Source: a virus (Duplodnaviria; Caudoviricetes). Taken from it: DNA of 52,041 nt. The stretch lies in the IMG/VR virus record IMGVR_UViG_3300025836_000002, positions 1 to 52,041 of that record. One strand, given 5' to 3'. Shown piece after piece: positions 29,417 to 39,153 of this stretch. Position 1 is the first letter of the stretch. The number at the start of each line of letters is the position of its first letter. The translations under genes were made by a program, and so were the position numbers. The notes under the pieces were generated by a model. It was not told the DNA's origin, did no database searches, and saw only the letters and a list, made by a program, of their open reading frames with translations.

Positions 29417-30076
29417 CTACTTTGCGATAAAATAACCACCCACCAATCCAGCGCTGGCCCAAATATACCACTTCTTGTAAAAAGGCGTTTTGTTAATCAC
29501 ACTGATTTGATAACCTGATGTTATTTTAGCATTCGGATCATCCGTATAAATCGTAATCTTTGTTTCTTTTCCTTTGGTCTCGGTTATTGAATTTAATTTG
29601 ACCTTGTAATTGTGCTTTAAATCGTTAATTGTGTACATTTTTACATATCCGCTTAATGTTAGGTAGTCATCCGTCCATGCGAAGTGTTTTGCGGCCTCCG
29701 AAATGCCATCGTGAACATAGACTGTATCTATTAATCGGATTGAATCAATACGTCCTGATGCTTCTAATTCGGCCTGCAATGTAGCGGTGATGTTTCGCCA
29801 TTTAATGTCTTTCTGTCTTAATTCTTTAATGGTTAATCCGGTCAATTCAAGTGACTTTTTTAACACGTTAGATTCAATCACAACGGAATTTAATTGAGAG
29901 TAAACTTTTCCGGCCTTCGTTTTGTAAATCTTTGCGCTGTCATTGGCGATCAATAATTCAACTGACTGCAAATCGATTGTTTTATCTTTACCTTTGATTT
30001 TGAAGTACTGGACAATGATAATAATTAACATTCCTGCGAATAGTGCATAAATGGCATACTTTAGATATTTATTCAT
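29417..30076 (-). CDS. Putative spanin-like lysis protein
   Basis: N-terminal TM, coiled-coil, C-terminal KWYIWASAGLVGGY segment; follows a holin-like gene. Confidence 0.5.
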   Translation of the reverse strand: MNKYLKYAIYALFAGMLIIIIVQYFKIKGKDKTIDLQSVELLIANDSAKIYKTKAGKVYSQLNSVVIESNVLKKSLELTGLTIKELRQKDIKWRNITATLQAELEASGRIDSIRLIDTVYVHDGISEAAKHFAWTDDYLTLSGYVKMYTINDLKHNYKVKLNSITETKGKETKITIYTDDPNAKITSGYQISVINKTPFYKKWYIWASAGLVGGYFIAK

Positions 30077-30336
30077 GGTTGTGGTGTTATTGGTGTATTT
30101 GTTGAATTTGTTGCGATATTGCTAAGCGTTTCATCTTTTTTTGCACTTGAAGAACTGGAACCAAAGAAGTAGCTAACGATGGTTGCAAATGATCCAATGA
30201 GAGCCCCCACAACTAAGTTTAATAGATCCTTATTTTGTTCTGGAACAGTTGTGTAAACCAGTACGATTAGCAGGATAAAAAACCCCACTATTATTAACCC
30301 GGCCAATATATATTGAAATACGTCTTTAGCTTTCAT
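30073..30336 (-). CDS. Putative holin (2 TM)
   Basis: Two TM segments, IVSYFFGSSSSSAKKD motif. Confidence 0.7.
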   Translation of the reverse strand: MKAKDVFQYILAGLIIVGFFILLIVLVYTTVPEQNKDLLNLVVGALIGSFATIVSYFFGSSSSSAKKDETLSNIATNSTNTPITPQP

Positions 30337-30718
30337 TTTCTTGCTTGTAAAATGGAGTTACTGAAATGTCCAAATAATATTCGCGATCTTCAAATCTCAT
30401 CCATTCGCCATTTTTATTGCCCCTATTAAGTTGAATAGTATAGCAATGTCTGCCACCCGGAAGAACAGAAAAATTAACGTCCCCTTTATTGGTTAAAACA
30501 TTTATTCCAGTTAGATATTCCTGAAAATCCTTAATCATATCCTGTTCCGGTCGTGGGTTATCAATCCATGGAATTGCGATTAAATCTAAATCCCTATTCA
30601 TTGACCCATGTACTACAAGATTGTAACCGTATGTTTTTGCTATTTCTTTTAAGTATTCGTAAAAAATAGCATATAATCCCGGTTTTGCATTTATTGGTTT
30701 ATCACTCATCATCTTCAA
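30326..30718 (-). CDS. Possible minimal nucleotidyltransferase-fold protein
   Basis: VHGSMNRDLDLIAIPW resembles hGS..DxD; third acid in YLDISV. Confidence 0.5.
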   Translation of the reverse strand: MKMMSDKPINAKPGLYAIFYEYLKEIAKTYGYNLVVHGSMNRDLDLIAIPWIDNPRPEQDMIKDFQEYLTGINVLTNKGDVNFSVLPGGRHCYTIQLNRGNKNGEWMRFEDREYYLDISVTPFYKQENES

Positions 30719-30729
30719 TTCTTAATTTA

Positions 30730-31140
30730 TCAAACACTACATTTAATACTTTCTAAATATCGACATACGGTTAGGTAGTCAGCAAATTCTTTAAATCCCT
30801 TATCCGTGTTGTATCCTCTTCGCTTATCTAATTCAATTCCTAAATAAACATATTGAACCCTTAATTGACCTTTGTAGTCTGAATATGGTACAATTTCATC
30901 ATTTTCACCTTCATTTAAACGATACAAAGTCCATCCATATTCATATTCTGTTCGCTTAATGGTATAAACTCCTCCACTGGAATCACATAAATCATCAATG
31001 ACTATATCTGTATTTGTTAATTTAATTAACTTTAATTTTTCACCTATAAAAGAGCAATTCCCGCTATGTCCTTTGGTTGGGCAAACCCTTGTTATAATAT
31101 CGCCCTCTTTAAAATTTTTAATACTTAATATTTTAATCAT
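30730..31140 (-). CDS. Hypothetical protein
   Basis: ORF inside the lysis block. Confidence 0.5.
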   Translation of the reverse strand: MIKILSIKNFKEGDIITRVCPTKGHSGNCSFIGEKLKLIKLTNTDIVIDDLCDSSGGVYTIKRTEYEYGWTLYRLNEGENDEIVPYSDYKGQLRVQYVYLGIELDKRRGYNTDKGFKEFADYLTVCRYLESIKCSV

Positions 31141-31399
31141 TTTTTGGTTCTAAATAGTTAATAAATAGTTCTATTTCAGTTTTTAATAATTTCATTTTGG
31201 TTATAAAGTCCGATATTGAATCTTCGTCTTTTTTATGAAGTTTAATGGAGTATTTACAATCAGATATTTTAATAAAAGTGTCTCGATATATCTTATCTGA
31301 GTACTGAACGTCTCCATCAAATGCAACCACGCTGCTGGTAGATGATGATTTTATACCATTTAACCAAGTTCTTTTATTATAATTATTCATCATCTTCAA
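31133..31399 (-). CDS. Hypothetical protein
   Basis: RTWLN..ISDC..IKLH motif. Confidence 0.55.
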   Translation of the reverse strand: MKMMNNYNKRTWLNGIKSSSTSSVVAFDGDVQYSDKIYRDTFIKISDCKYSIKLHKKDEDSISDFITKMKLLKTEIELFINYLEPKND

Positions 31400-31435
31400 T
31401 TCTTAAACGTTCAATTAATTGCCTTATTTCGTCAC

Positions 31436-31954
31436 TCATTCGCTAAATGTAAAGTCTGCCAATCGATTAAGCCATCCCTTAATAAATTTGCTTTGCGAAG
31501 GATTATTTTTGACAATATCCCAAAAGAATTTTTCACGCGCTTTTTTAATGTCCTGGAATAATCCCTTTTGATTTGCGGTATTTACGGCTTTTAATGTCAT
31601 TGGACCAACTATTCCATCTTCGACTAATCCCAGGATTCTTTGCGGTATAATAATGCCCCATTTGCCACTACCCCACAACCAATCGACTAAAATATTTGCA
31701 ATTGATTGATTATTGATTTGATCAGATTGCCATTTATCCCAGAAAAATAGTTGTAAAACAGCTTCCCATTCATCCGGTGAAATGTCTTTTAAGTCTCCAA
31801 TTGTCGGCGCTGGTAACCCTTTCTTTTTGCGGTACGAAATGAATGTGCGCATCGTTATACCGGCCATGGTCGATCCCCCGGAATCTTCCGGATCATTGGA
31901 AAATTTGCCTTCCCACTTCTGAATTAACGGGATTACTTGTTTAATGTCTGCCAT
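31436..31954 (-). CDS. Endolysin, glycoside hydrolase family 108 with peptidoglycan-binding domain
   Basis: WEGKFSNDPEDSGGSTMAGIT, DGIVGPMTL, KFIKGWLNR. Confidence 0.9.
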   Translation of the reverse strand: MADIKQVIPLIQKWEGKFSNDPEDSGGSTMAGITMRTFISYRKKKGLPAPTIGDLKDISPDEWEAVLQLFFWDKWQSDQINNQSIANILVDWLWGSGKWGIIIPQRILGLVEDGIVGPMTLKAVNTANQKGLFQDIKKAREKFFWDIVKNNPSQSKFIKGWLNRLADFTFSE

Positions 31955-32470
31955 TATATATTTGACTTAATAGTATATTCCGATTCTTTTAATTTTGTTT
32001 TAAAAAATGATTCAATGTATTCAATACATTCAGCCGTTGTTTTTCTGAATAATGTACACGGGATCATCTTGGATAAAATAGAATGTTTTTCAATTTGCTC
32101 AAAGTCGTATTCAAATTGAGATTGATACATTTTGCCTACCTTTTTAATGAGAATATGAGTAAATCTTAATCCCGATTCTCGAATGTAAATTGGTTCTTTA
32201 TTTTCCATCGTTTTCGTTTTTAGTTTATCAAAGATAGTAAATTTATTTGATATGGTTTATTCGACTGGTATTTCTTCGTTTGTAAACGTTGCAACTTTCA
32301 AATATTCAGTAATCGCATTAATGCATTCCGGTGTTAAGTGCATCCAAGTAGTTGAGTATCCGTTACAATCTCTAAATTTTACAGACGGTAACGGATTACA
32401 TGAGTTATTGATTTTAAGTAATTGGACTGAGTAGAAATCCATTGTTTTAGTTTTTAAGTGTGCCTTTTAG

Positions 32471-32914
32471 CTACGGTTTTTTTTCTAGTACCCCCATAAC
32501 TATCGCAGTAATGGCGATGATTATCCCGATTATCCCAGTAATAACACCCCCTATATTTCGAATGCCTTCATCCTTTCCGTTGTTTGAACTTTTGTAGTCA
32601 CTTAAATTTTTAAGGTCTTGCGAAATCCGGTCAAGGTTTTTATTATATGTTTCGGCGAAGTTGTCAAATCGTTTTTCTGCTGCTGTTTCAGCTTTCTGTA
32701 CCGCCTTTTCCGCCGCCGCCAACGCTGCGTTTACCGCCTTTTCCTGTGCGTCCAGTGCTGATTTGACGGCTTCCTTTGCCTCCGTGGAGTTCTTGTTGAT
32801 CAGTTTCTCAAGTGATTCGTACCGATCTTCAAAACGCTTGTCGCTTGATATAATCATATTTGTGAAGAATTCCTTCAATGAAACTTGCGCCTCTAAAAAC
32901 CCATTTTCATCCAT
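32471..32914 (-). CDS. Coiled-coil protein with C-terminal TM (holin/antiholin-like)
   Basis: A/E/K-rich helix, C-terminal hydrophobic segment, upstream of endolysin. Confidence 0.5.
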   Translation of the reverse strand: MDENGFLEAQVSLKEFFTNMIISSDKRFEDRYESLEKLINKNSTEAKEAVKSALDAQEKAVNAALAAAEKAVQKAETAAEKRFDNFAETYNKNLDRISQDLKNLSDYKSSNNGKDEGIRNIGGVITGIIGIIIAITAIVMGVLEKKP

Positions 32915-33300
32915 TTCGCTGATTTTAGATTACAAAATTTACTCATTTAAGGTAGTTTAACATGTTAATTCTTGCACAATTCAAAAGTAAAGAATATTAT
33001 TGAATAAAAAACGAATTATTTCAGATATTTTCATAACAAAGTCTTTAAGTCCTTGCAAACCCTCTTTAAGATTAATATTACATCTTAACTGTTAATATCA
33101 ACACTGCGACTCCTAACTCTTCAAAGAGTACCGATTAGCTTCCAATTACGGTTTTTGTCCTCGTTTTCGGCGTTTTGCAAGTCGTATGTCGTCAGTAGAA
33201 CGTTGCATACTCTGGTATTTGCCTATTCCGTTTGATAGTAACTACTTTCTCGTTCTCATTCGATATAATCAATGAAGGTGAGAATACTGTAAGAACCTTG

Positions 33301-34125
33301 TTATTTATTTAAAATTGCTTCGTAAATTGATTTTTTACCCTTCATTACATCATTTAGCGACTTGTCCGGTATATCTGCAAATTCAACATCGCAAATCATC
33401 CCACATGAAGGCATTATTATTTTGCTTTTCATTCCTGAATTTAGGTTTAATTCATCTAAAAACTTGCCATTTAAGCACGAATAACCAACTTTACGCTCTA
33501 ATTTAGCCATTCTATCAAACGATTCAGGAAAGTCTATCCTGATCTTGTTCCAGTATCCCTGACCACCCTTAACGCATCCTATGCAGTTATTATTGGTGTA
33601 ACCCAAATCATACATTACCGGTAATTTAATTCCAGCGCTCAAAAGTATTCCGGCACATGTATTTTTATCTAATCCCTTTTCGATTAGCGGAAATAACGGT
33701 TTTGTTTCCGGGTATTGTTGTCCATGGCGAATTGCCCGGTTAACTTCTTTTTTGGTATATTCAAAACCCCAAATCTGATTTAAAATAACTTCATCGTTAA
33801 ATAGGTTTTTGCTGTGTAAATCTTCGAAGTTAAACCTGACTTGTTTTTTTAAATGTTTAGTGCATGGTGCGCCCTGTGGAGTGTTTACACAACCCGTATC
33901 TTCGATTACTTCAAATTGATCTTTATATTTTATGCTTTGTAATTCGTGTATTTTTACACCATACCAATTTTCACATTCCGATTTAAAACGCTCATTATCT
34001 TCATGCGCCGAATTTATTTTAATATAGTAAAGTTTGGTATTTGGGTACATTTCTAAGGCGTACTTACAAGCGACCGCCGACGTTATGCCAGCAGACCACC
34101 AACCTAAAGCAAAACCGTTATCCAT
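33301..34125 (-). CDS. PAPS reductase-family (PP-loop) protein
   Basis: WWSAGITSAVAC, PCTKHLK, YDLGYTNNNCIGCVKGG..YW, SCGMIC. Confidence 0.8.
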   Translation of the reverse strand: MDNGFALGWWSAGITSAVACKYALEMYPNTKLYYIKINSAHEDNERFKSECENWYGVKIHELQSIKYKDQFEVIEDTGCVNTPQGAPCTKHLKKQVRFNFEDLHSKNLFNDEVILNQIWGFEYTKKEVNRAIRHGQQYPETKPLFPLIEKGLDKNTCAGILLSAGIKLPVMYDLGYTNNNCIGCVKGGQGYWNKIRIDFPESFDRMAKLERKVGYSCLNGKFLDELNLNSGMKSKIIMPSCGMICDVEFADIPDKSLNDVMKGKKSIYEAILNK

Positions 34126-34252
34126 GCCCTATTAAATGCAAAAAGCTCTAAAACAGGGTTGCAGTCTGTTCTTCGAGCTTTCAGGTTTTTTACGCCTGTT
34201 AAATTTTATATTGATCTGCAACATCAACACTGCAAAGATACTAATTTTTCAA

Positions 34253-34642
34253 TCAATTCAAACGATTATTAAATGTTTGTTTTAGTTTTTTTTCAAAGCA
34301 CCCATATCGGAAATAAAGCGATGCGGATGCAATGATGGTAGAGCAGCAAAGCAGGATTAGTGATCTGACATAAAAAATAAAGCCGATTTGATGAATATTT
34401 TTATCGAAAAGTACGATTAATGAAATAATGGCTAAATTGATTATGAATAAACGATGCCAGAAACAGAATTTAAAAGCCTTTGAAAAATACCACCAACATA
34501 TTGAGGTGAATAAGGAACAGCCGAAAATAGGGGTAATAAACGAATATGTATTGACATTAAATAAAATGGTGACCATTCCAAACATTACAGCAAACGTAGT
34601 CAGAACAGGCCACCATTTTACAAGTTGGATTATACCCCTCAT
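34253..34642 (-). CDS. Four-TM membrane protein
   Basis: Four hydrophobic segments, FKFCFWHRLFI motif. Confidence 0.65.
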   Translation of the reverse strand: MRGIIQLVKWWPVLTTFAVMFGMVTILFNVNTYSFITPIFGCSLFTSICWWYFSKAFKFCFWHRLFIINLAIISLIVLFDKNIHQIGFIFYVRSLILLCCSTIIASASLYFRYGCFEKKLKQTFNNRLN

Positions 34643-34746
34643 GGAAGTGGAGGCGTAGGATCAGGATTCGGAGGCGGCGGATTAGTTGGCCCCGGCCCCG
34701 GCTTCGGTTTTTCCTCTTCGACAAATAAACGATCTGTTTTTTTCAT
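34639..34746 (-). CDS. 35-aa proline-rich micropeptide
   Basis: MKKTDRLFVEEEKPKPGPGPTNPPPPNPDPTPPLP*; stop overlaps the next ATG (ATGA). Confidence 0.65.
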   Translation of the reverse strand: MKKTDRLFVEEEKPKPGPGPTNPPPPNPDPTPPLP

Positions 34747-35140
34747 GTTGTTAAATATTGGTGAATTGTTTTTATTTTAAAATGTATGAATAGTTCCTAT
34801 ATGTGAACCTAAGAATACCCTAATCGTTTTGCAACTTTTAAGGCGTATGCCATAGATTCGTATTTCCTTATTGTTATCCAAATTCCCATTTTTAGGATTT
34901 GAAAACAATAAATGCGACACATGCAATGTCTTTTTATTCTTAGTTTCGTTTCCATGTTCCTCTATGTTAACCTTTTGAATTTATGATTTTAAGTCTATAT
35001 TAAAGACATCGTTTAATTTTTCAATCACAGCGTGAATATCTATTGGTTCCAATTGATCATCATATACAAACCGTGCATCGCCAATTAAATCCATCAATAA
35101 GTCTAATAATGCCTTGCGTTCTTTATCATTCATTTGTTTA

Positions 35141-36439
35141 TTATTTGATATATCTCCGCATAATTTCAGCCATTTTATCAGCACCAACTAAGTTTAGATG
35201 AACGGAATCTCCATTACTATAAATAGGATTTAGGTCGTCTAATAATCCGGTAGAACTGCGCACAACGGCCATTTCATCATGACACTTTATTAATGTCCAT
35301 CCGTTTGTCGTGCAGTAATTCGCATAATTTACGTTCATGACTCTTGTGGTGACCGCCTGAGCGTCAGTACAGGCCCACGGATTTATTTCATCTAAATAAA
35401 ACAATGTGCCAACTGGAAATTTATTTCTTATTATATCAAGATTTGCAGATATTTGCACCCATGTTTGCCCTGTATTTATATCATTAACCCCGCAATGAAT
35501 GAAAACTGCCTTTGGGTCAGCATATGAGGCACGAAACGATGTAGGCATGTAGTATAACTCATCACCTTTTGTAACAAGATTTGCAAACGTACTACCGCTC
35601 CTTGCGAAATTTTGATATTTAAAATTAGAAGGCAATCGCAATGATAATCTATAAGGTATTGAAAGATTTATATCTCCCGGAAGTCCACCCGGTGTGTGAT
35701 AATCTCCCGCAGCAGTTTCCTGATCCGTATGCCAGCATTCCGTTTTATCACTTAGATAATAGCTATTTCCACATCCAAAAATACTATCACCAATAAATAC
35801 CGCCCAGGGTCTGTTAGAGTATGCGGCAAGGTCAATAAATAAACCATTTGGGCCATATTGAGTCAGAGCATTGGTAGTAAAAGGATCACTATCACCTACA
35901 TTAATGTCTCCTGTTTTAATTTTCACAAATGGTCCAAATCTTTGCATTGCAAGAGCCCCCGGAATATCTGCACCCGGTCTCGCTGTATTGTTTATCGGTA
36001 AGCATAAACCTGGAATATATCCCTCTAAGGCTAATATAGGAGGATTTAGAATAAAGGTCTGAATATTGTTTGTCACACCAGATCCAATAGGAATAAATGA
36101 TTGTGACTCCCTGCACCGATAACCTGTCCCATTCCACGTAAGTAACTTAAAAGCCCATGCTGCGGAAGGAGAAGTATTGTAAATATGTACTTTTATGCTT
36201 TTTATATAACCTGATTGCCTAATTGATTGACCCGGATTAATAAACGTATAACTCACCAACTTAGACGTAGGACTGTCGGGCATAACACCTGTTGCAATCC
36301 AATTCGCAGGTAAAACACCCGAAACATATACGTCTGATCCGGTTGTTTGCCACGCGTCGAATTTAGCAATCAAAGGGTTCACACTTGCCCCACTGCGAAC
36401 TACTCCTTTTATCCCTGGCAGATTCGGTATTCCTGGCAT
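35141..36439 (-). CDS. SGNH/GDSL hydrolase-domain protein, probably virion-associated esterase/deacetylase
   Basis: FIGDSI, NFARSG, CGVND, DSVHLN blocks; end of the tail operon. Confidence 0.8.
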   Translation of the reverse strand: MPGIPNLPGIKGVVRSGASVNPLIAKFDAWQTTGSDVYVSGVLPANWIATGVMPDSPTSKLVSYTFINPGQSIRQSGYIKSIKVHIYNTSPSAAWAFKLLTWNGTGYRCRESQSFIPIGSGVTNNIQTFILNPPILALEGYIPGLCLPINNTARPGADIPGALAMQRFGPFVKIKTGDINVGDSDPFTTNALTQYGPNGLFIDLAAYSNRPWAVFIGDSIFGCGNSYYLSDKTECWHTDQETAAGDYHTPGGLPGDINLSIPYRLSLRLPSNFKYQNFARSGSTFANLVTKGDELYYMPTSFRASYADPKAVFIHCGVNDINTGQTWVQISANLDIIRNKFPVGTLFYLDEINPWACTDAQAVTTRVMNVNYANYCTTNGWTLIKCHDEMAVVRSSTGLLDDLNPIYSNGDSVHLNLVGADKMAEIMRRYIK

Positions 36440-36503
36440 TTTGTTAAGGTATTAATTTGACGTTTCATGTTTTTATTTCAAAGTTAATAAATATTTCAAT
36501 ATT

Positions 36504-37841
36504 TTACAGATTCGATAAATTATTTTCATAAATGCATTGTCCCGGTGTTCCCAATAAGCTCCATTCGGTATTATCTTCGACTAAAGGAATTGGCGTACCA
36601 TCGTTAAATTTCGTACATTTCCAGTTTTTAGTAGTCCACACCTGATCACCGATCTTTACCGTAGGATATATATTGCCATCTATATCCGTTAATGTATCTC
36701 CGGTAGTCCATGTTGACGGATCATCTTTCACTAATCTAATGGCCATTCCCATGCCATCTACAGGAGCAAATCCCATAAAACTAAGTCCGTCCTGAATTAC
36801 AACATAAACATTATATCCAGGAGTTTCAGATTCTTTTAACAAAAATCCACCAATATATTTAAAGTATTGAAATAAACCATCACTAAGTCTCATGCCATTC
36901 CCAACGCTGCTAAAACCCGACTCGTTTGTTCCATATATATTAGTGTCCCAATGTAATAACCCAACTTCCATTAATTTGGCGGATATATTTATTCCTCCCA
37001 AAAATGAATCCAGCGCATATACATCATTATTATAATCTGGAACATGCCATCCCGCCGGAGCGATACTTGCCGTTTCAAATGCGTTTGCCTCGTCATTATC
37101 ATAGGCACACATAGCACCTGTCGTTAATGCAGCCCAAGCGGTATTGTCTGTAACTTTAGAAATTAGATCACCATTGCGGTATTGGGTTTCTGCCAAATTT
37201 TCAGCCGTGTACCATACCCCATTTATAAGACAACATTTATAACGGCGAAGGTCGTTTCCTACGTAAATCGCTGAATTATCGACAATTTCAATGGGTGAAT
37301 CAACTATAAGTCGAATTGAAGCCCCTATATTCGAAACGAGAAAATTTATCCAAATAGTAGGCGTGGATGATCTTAATTGTGCGGCAATACCCATGCTATG
37401 ATCAGTGAAATAATCTGCCGTAGTCCAAAAATAACATTCGTTTTTTATGTTCTGAAAAATATTTGATCCTCCATAATTTCTAACGCCGCTTCCGAACGCA
37501 TTAAATAAATAATCGTTTGTTCCGGTATTATCACTTGACCAATGTGTAAATCCTGATTGTTTTAGTTTTCCGCAGGCAACGCTTTCGCCACCAACATATG
37601 CAATCAATGCATTCCACTCTGCATATGATGGGACATGTGCATTAGATGCTGAAATATTTCTACTATCCCAAACTGAATAAGCATTATATAAATACCCATT
37701 CCCTGGCCGTGGTTGCGGTTGAGTACAGAACCAATTATAAAACCTGCCATAACCGCCAAGTTGGACAACATAAAGCAACTTTCTTATACCCCCGCTAAAA
37801 CTTGTCAATATATTTCCCGATACTCCTCTTAGTATTTTCAT
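36504..37841 (-). CDS. FISUMP (Fib_succ_major)-like domain protein, putative receptor-binding/tail protein
   Basis: YGRFYNW, APAGWHVP, TNESGFS, IRLVKD, DIDGNIYPTVKIGDQVW motifs, duplicated. Confidence 0.82.
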   Translation of the reverse strand: MKILRGVSGNILTSFSGGIRKLLYVVQLGGYGRFYNWFCTQPQPRPGNGYLYNAYSVWDSRNISASNAHVPSYAEWNALIAYVGGESVACGKLKQSGFTHWSSDNTGTNDYLFNAFGSGVRNYGGSNIFQNIKNECYFWTTADYFTDHSMGIAAQLRSSTPTIWINFLVSNIGASIRLIVDSPIEIVDNSAIYVGNDLRRYKCCLINGVWYTAENLAETQYRNGDLISKVTDNTAWAALTTGAMCAYDNDEANAFETASIAPAGWHVPDYNNDVYALDSFLGGINISAKLMEVGLLHWDTNIYGTNESGFSSVGNGMRLSDGLFQYFKYIGGFLLKESETPGYNVYVVIQDGLSFMGFAPVDGMGMAIRLVKDDPSTWTTGDTLTDIDGNIYPTVKIGDQVWTTKNWKCTKFNDGTPIPLVEDNTEWSLLGTPGQCIYENNLSNL

Positions 37842-37851
37842 TCCAATATAG

Positions 37852-39153
37852 TTATGGTACTATAATCCAATCAAAAGTAACGGCACCCGTTATGGCCGTT
37901 AAGTACGTTACCGTAAATTGCGTTGTCGATTTACTTGTCACATAAAAAACGGCAGCCGCTAACATATCCGTAGGAGTTACGCAAACTTTATATGTAGTAT
38001 TTGCCATTGTTTGTCCAATTGTCACTACAAATGTAGTAACTGCCGTAACTGTTTGAGAAAATGACCCCGCAATTGGCAAGTTAGGTGCAGTGATGCTACC
38101 AGTAAAAGCTCCTGAACCAGGAAAATAATGATTGGTAATTGAATTATTCCCCCAAGTAGCAGTATTGGAACCATGCCCAACGGTTCTATAACCTACGATC
38201 ACTTCATTAACTGATGAATTGGCTAATGCACGACAATCATAACCAATAAATATAGAATTAGTAGATGTTGTTAAATTACCACCAGTACCGTCAGCATTTC
38301 CGTAACCATTTCCTGCATATATGCCAAGAGCAATATTACCATTAGCATTAACTAAATTAGTTAAATTACTATCGCCAAAACCAGTGTTTTCTTTACCTAA
38401 AACATTTGCGAGAGTAAAGCTTCCAAAGGCATTATTAGCACCCTCAGAAATAACATTGCGAAGCGCCATATAACCAAAAGCATTATTAGTACCGCCATCA
38501 CTCCCGGGAGATGTTAAATTTTTTAAAGCATAATAACCAAAAGCACAATTATAATCAGCATTTATGCTGGAACTTAATGCAGAAACACCAACTATAGTAT
38601 TATGCGTAAGATTACCGCTGCCCAAGCCAATACTAAGACTATTAACGGTTAAATCATAAGCTCCTAAATTAACTGCTCCTGTAGCTCCTGTGTAGGGCAC
38701 CGATCCCGATAATGGTATAAATTCAAGCCCTGTTTCGTCCACCTTAACACTAACCAATGATCCTCCACTTCCAGTGTATAATGAAGGAACATCTGCTAAA
38801 TCTATAAATTCTGCCTCTTTTGTCTCAGTAAATTCTAAACCATTCTCTGCTAAATTAACCGTGGGGACACTTAACGCCTCCCCTGCGTACGTCGATGGGC
38901 AATCTGTTAAATCAGTAAATGCGGCAGTTGTCCCGGTTCCTTTTGGTGTAAGAGTTGTTAAGTCGGCCTCAAAGTAGTACCAATGACCTGATATATTTAC
39001 TTCTAAATAATGAGCGCGTGAAATTAGTGGAATGTTTGCCAAAACTTCATCGGTCGAAATATACGGAACGCCATTATTATATTTCCGTTCGTCCACGTCC
39101 GGCATCTCGGATTTTGGGTAAAAACCTATTGATATTTCTGTTCCTATTGTCAT
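37852..39153 (-). CDS. Tail fiber protein
   Basis: Duplicated FTDLTDCPSTYAG / FIDLADVPSLYTG repeats, N-x-A-F-G repeats, C-terminal FDWIIVP. Confidence 0.7.
   Translation of the reverse strand: MTIGTEISIGFYPKSEMPDVDERKYNNGVPYISTDEVLANIPLISRAHYLEVNISGHWYYFEADLTTLTPKGTGTTAAFTDLTDCPSTYAGEALSVPTVNLAENGLEFTETKEAEFIDLADVPSLYTGSGGSLVSVKVDETGLEFIPLSGSVPYTGATGAVNLGAYDLTVNSLSIGLGSGNLTHNTIVGVSALSSSINADYNCAFGYYALKNLTSPGSDGGTNNAFGYMALRNVISEGANNAFGSFTLANVLGKENTGFGDSNLTNLVNANGNIALGIYAGNGYGNADGTGGNLTTSTNSIFIGYDCRALANSSVNEVIVGYRTVGHGSNTATWGNNSITNHYFPGSGAFTGSITAPNLPIAGSFSQTVTAVTTFVVTIGQTMANTTYKVCVTPTDMLAAAVFYVTSKSTTQFTVTYLTAITGAVTFDWIIVP

Noticed and set aside
36504-37841. Diversity-generating retroelement target
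   Set aside because: No reverse transcriptase in the complete genome and no near-identical TR/VR pair seen
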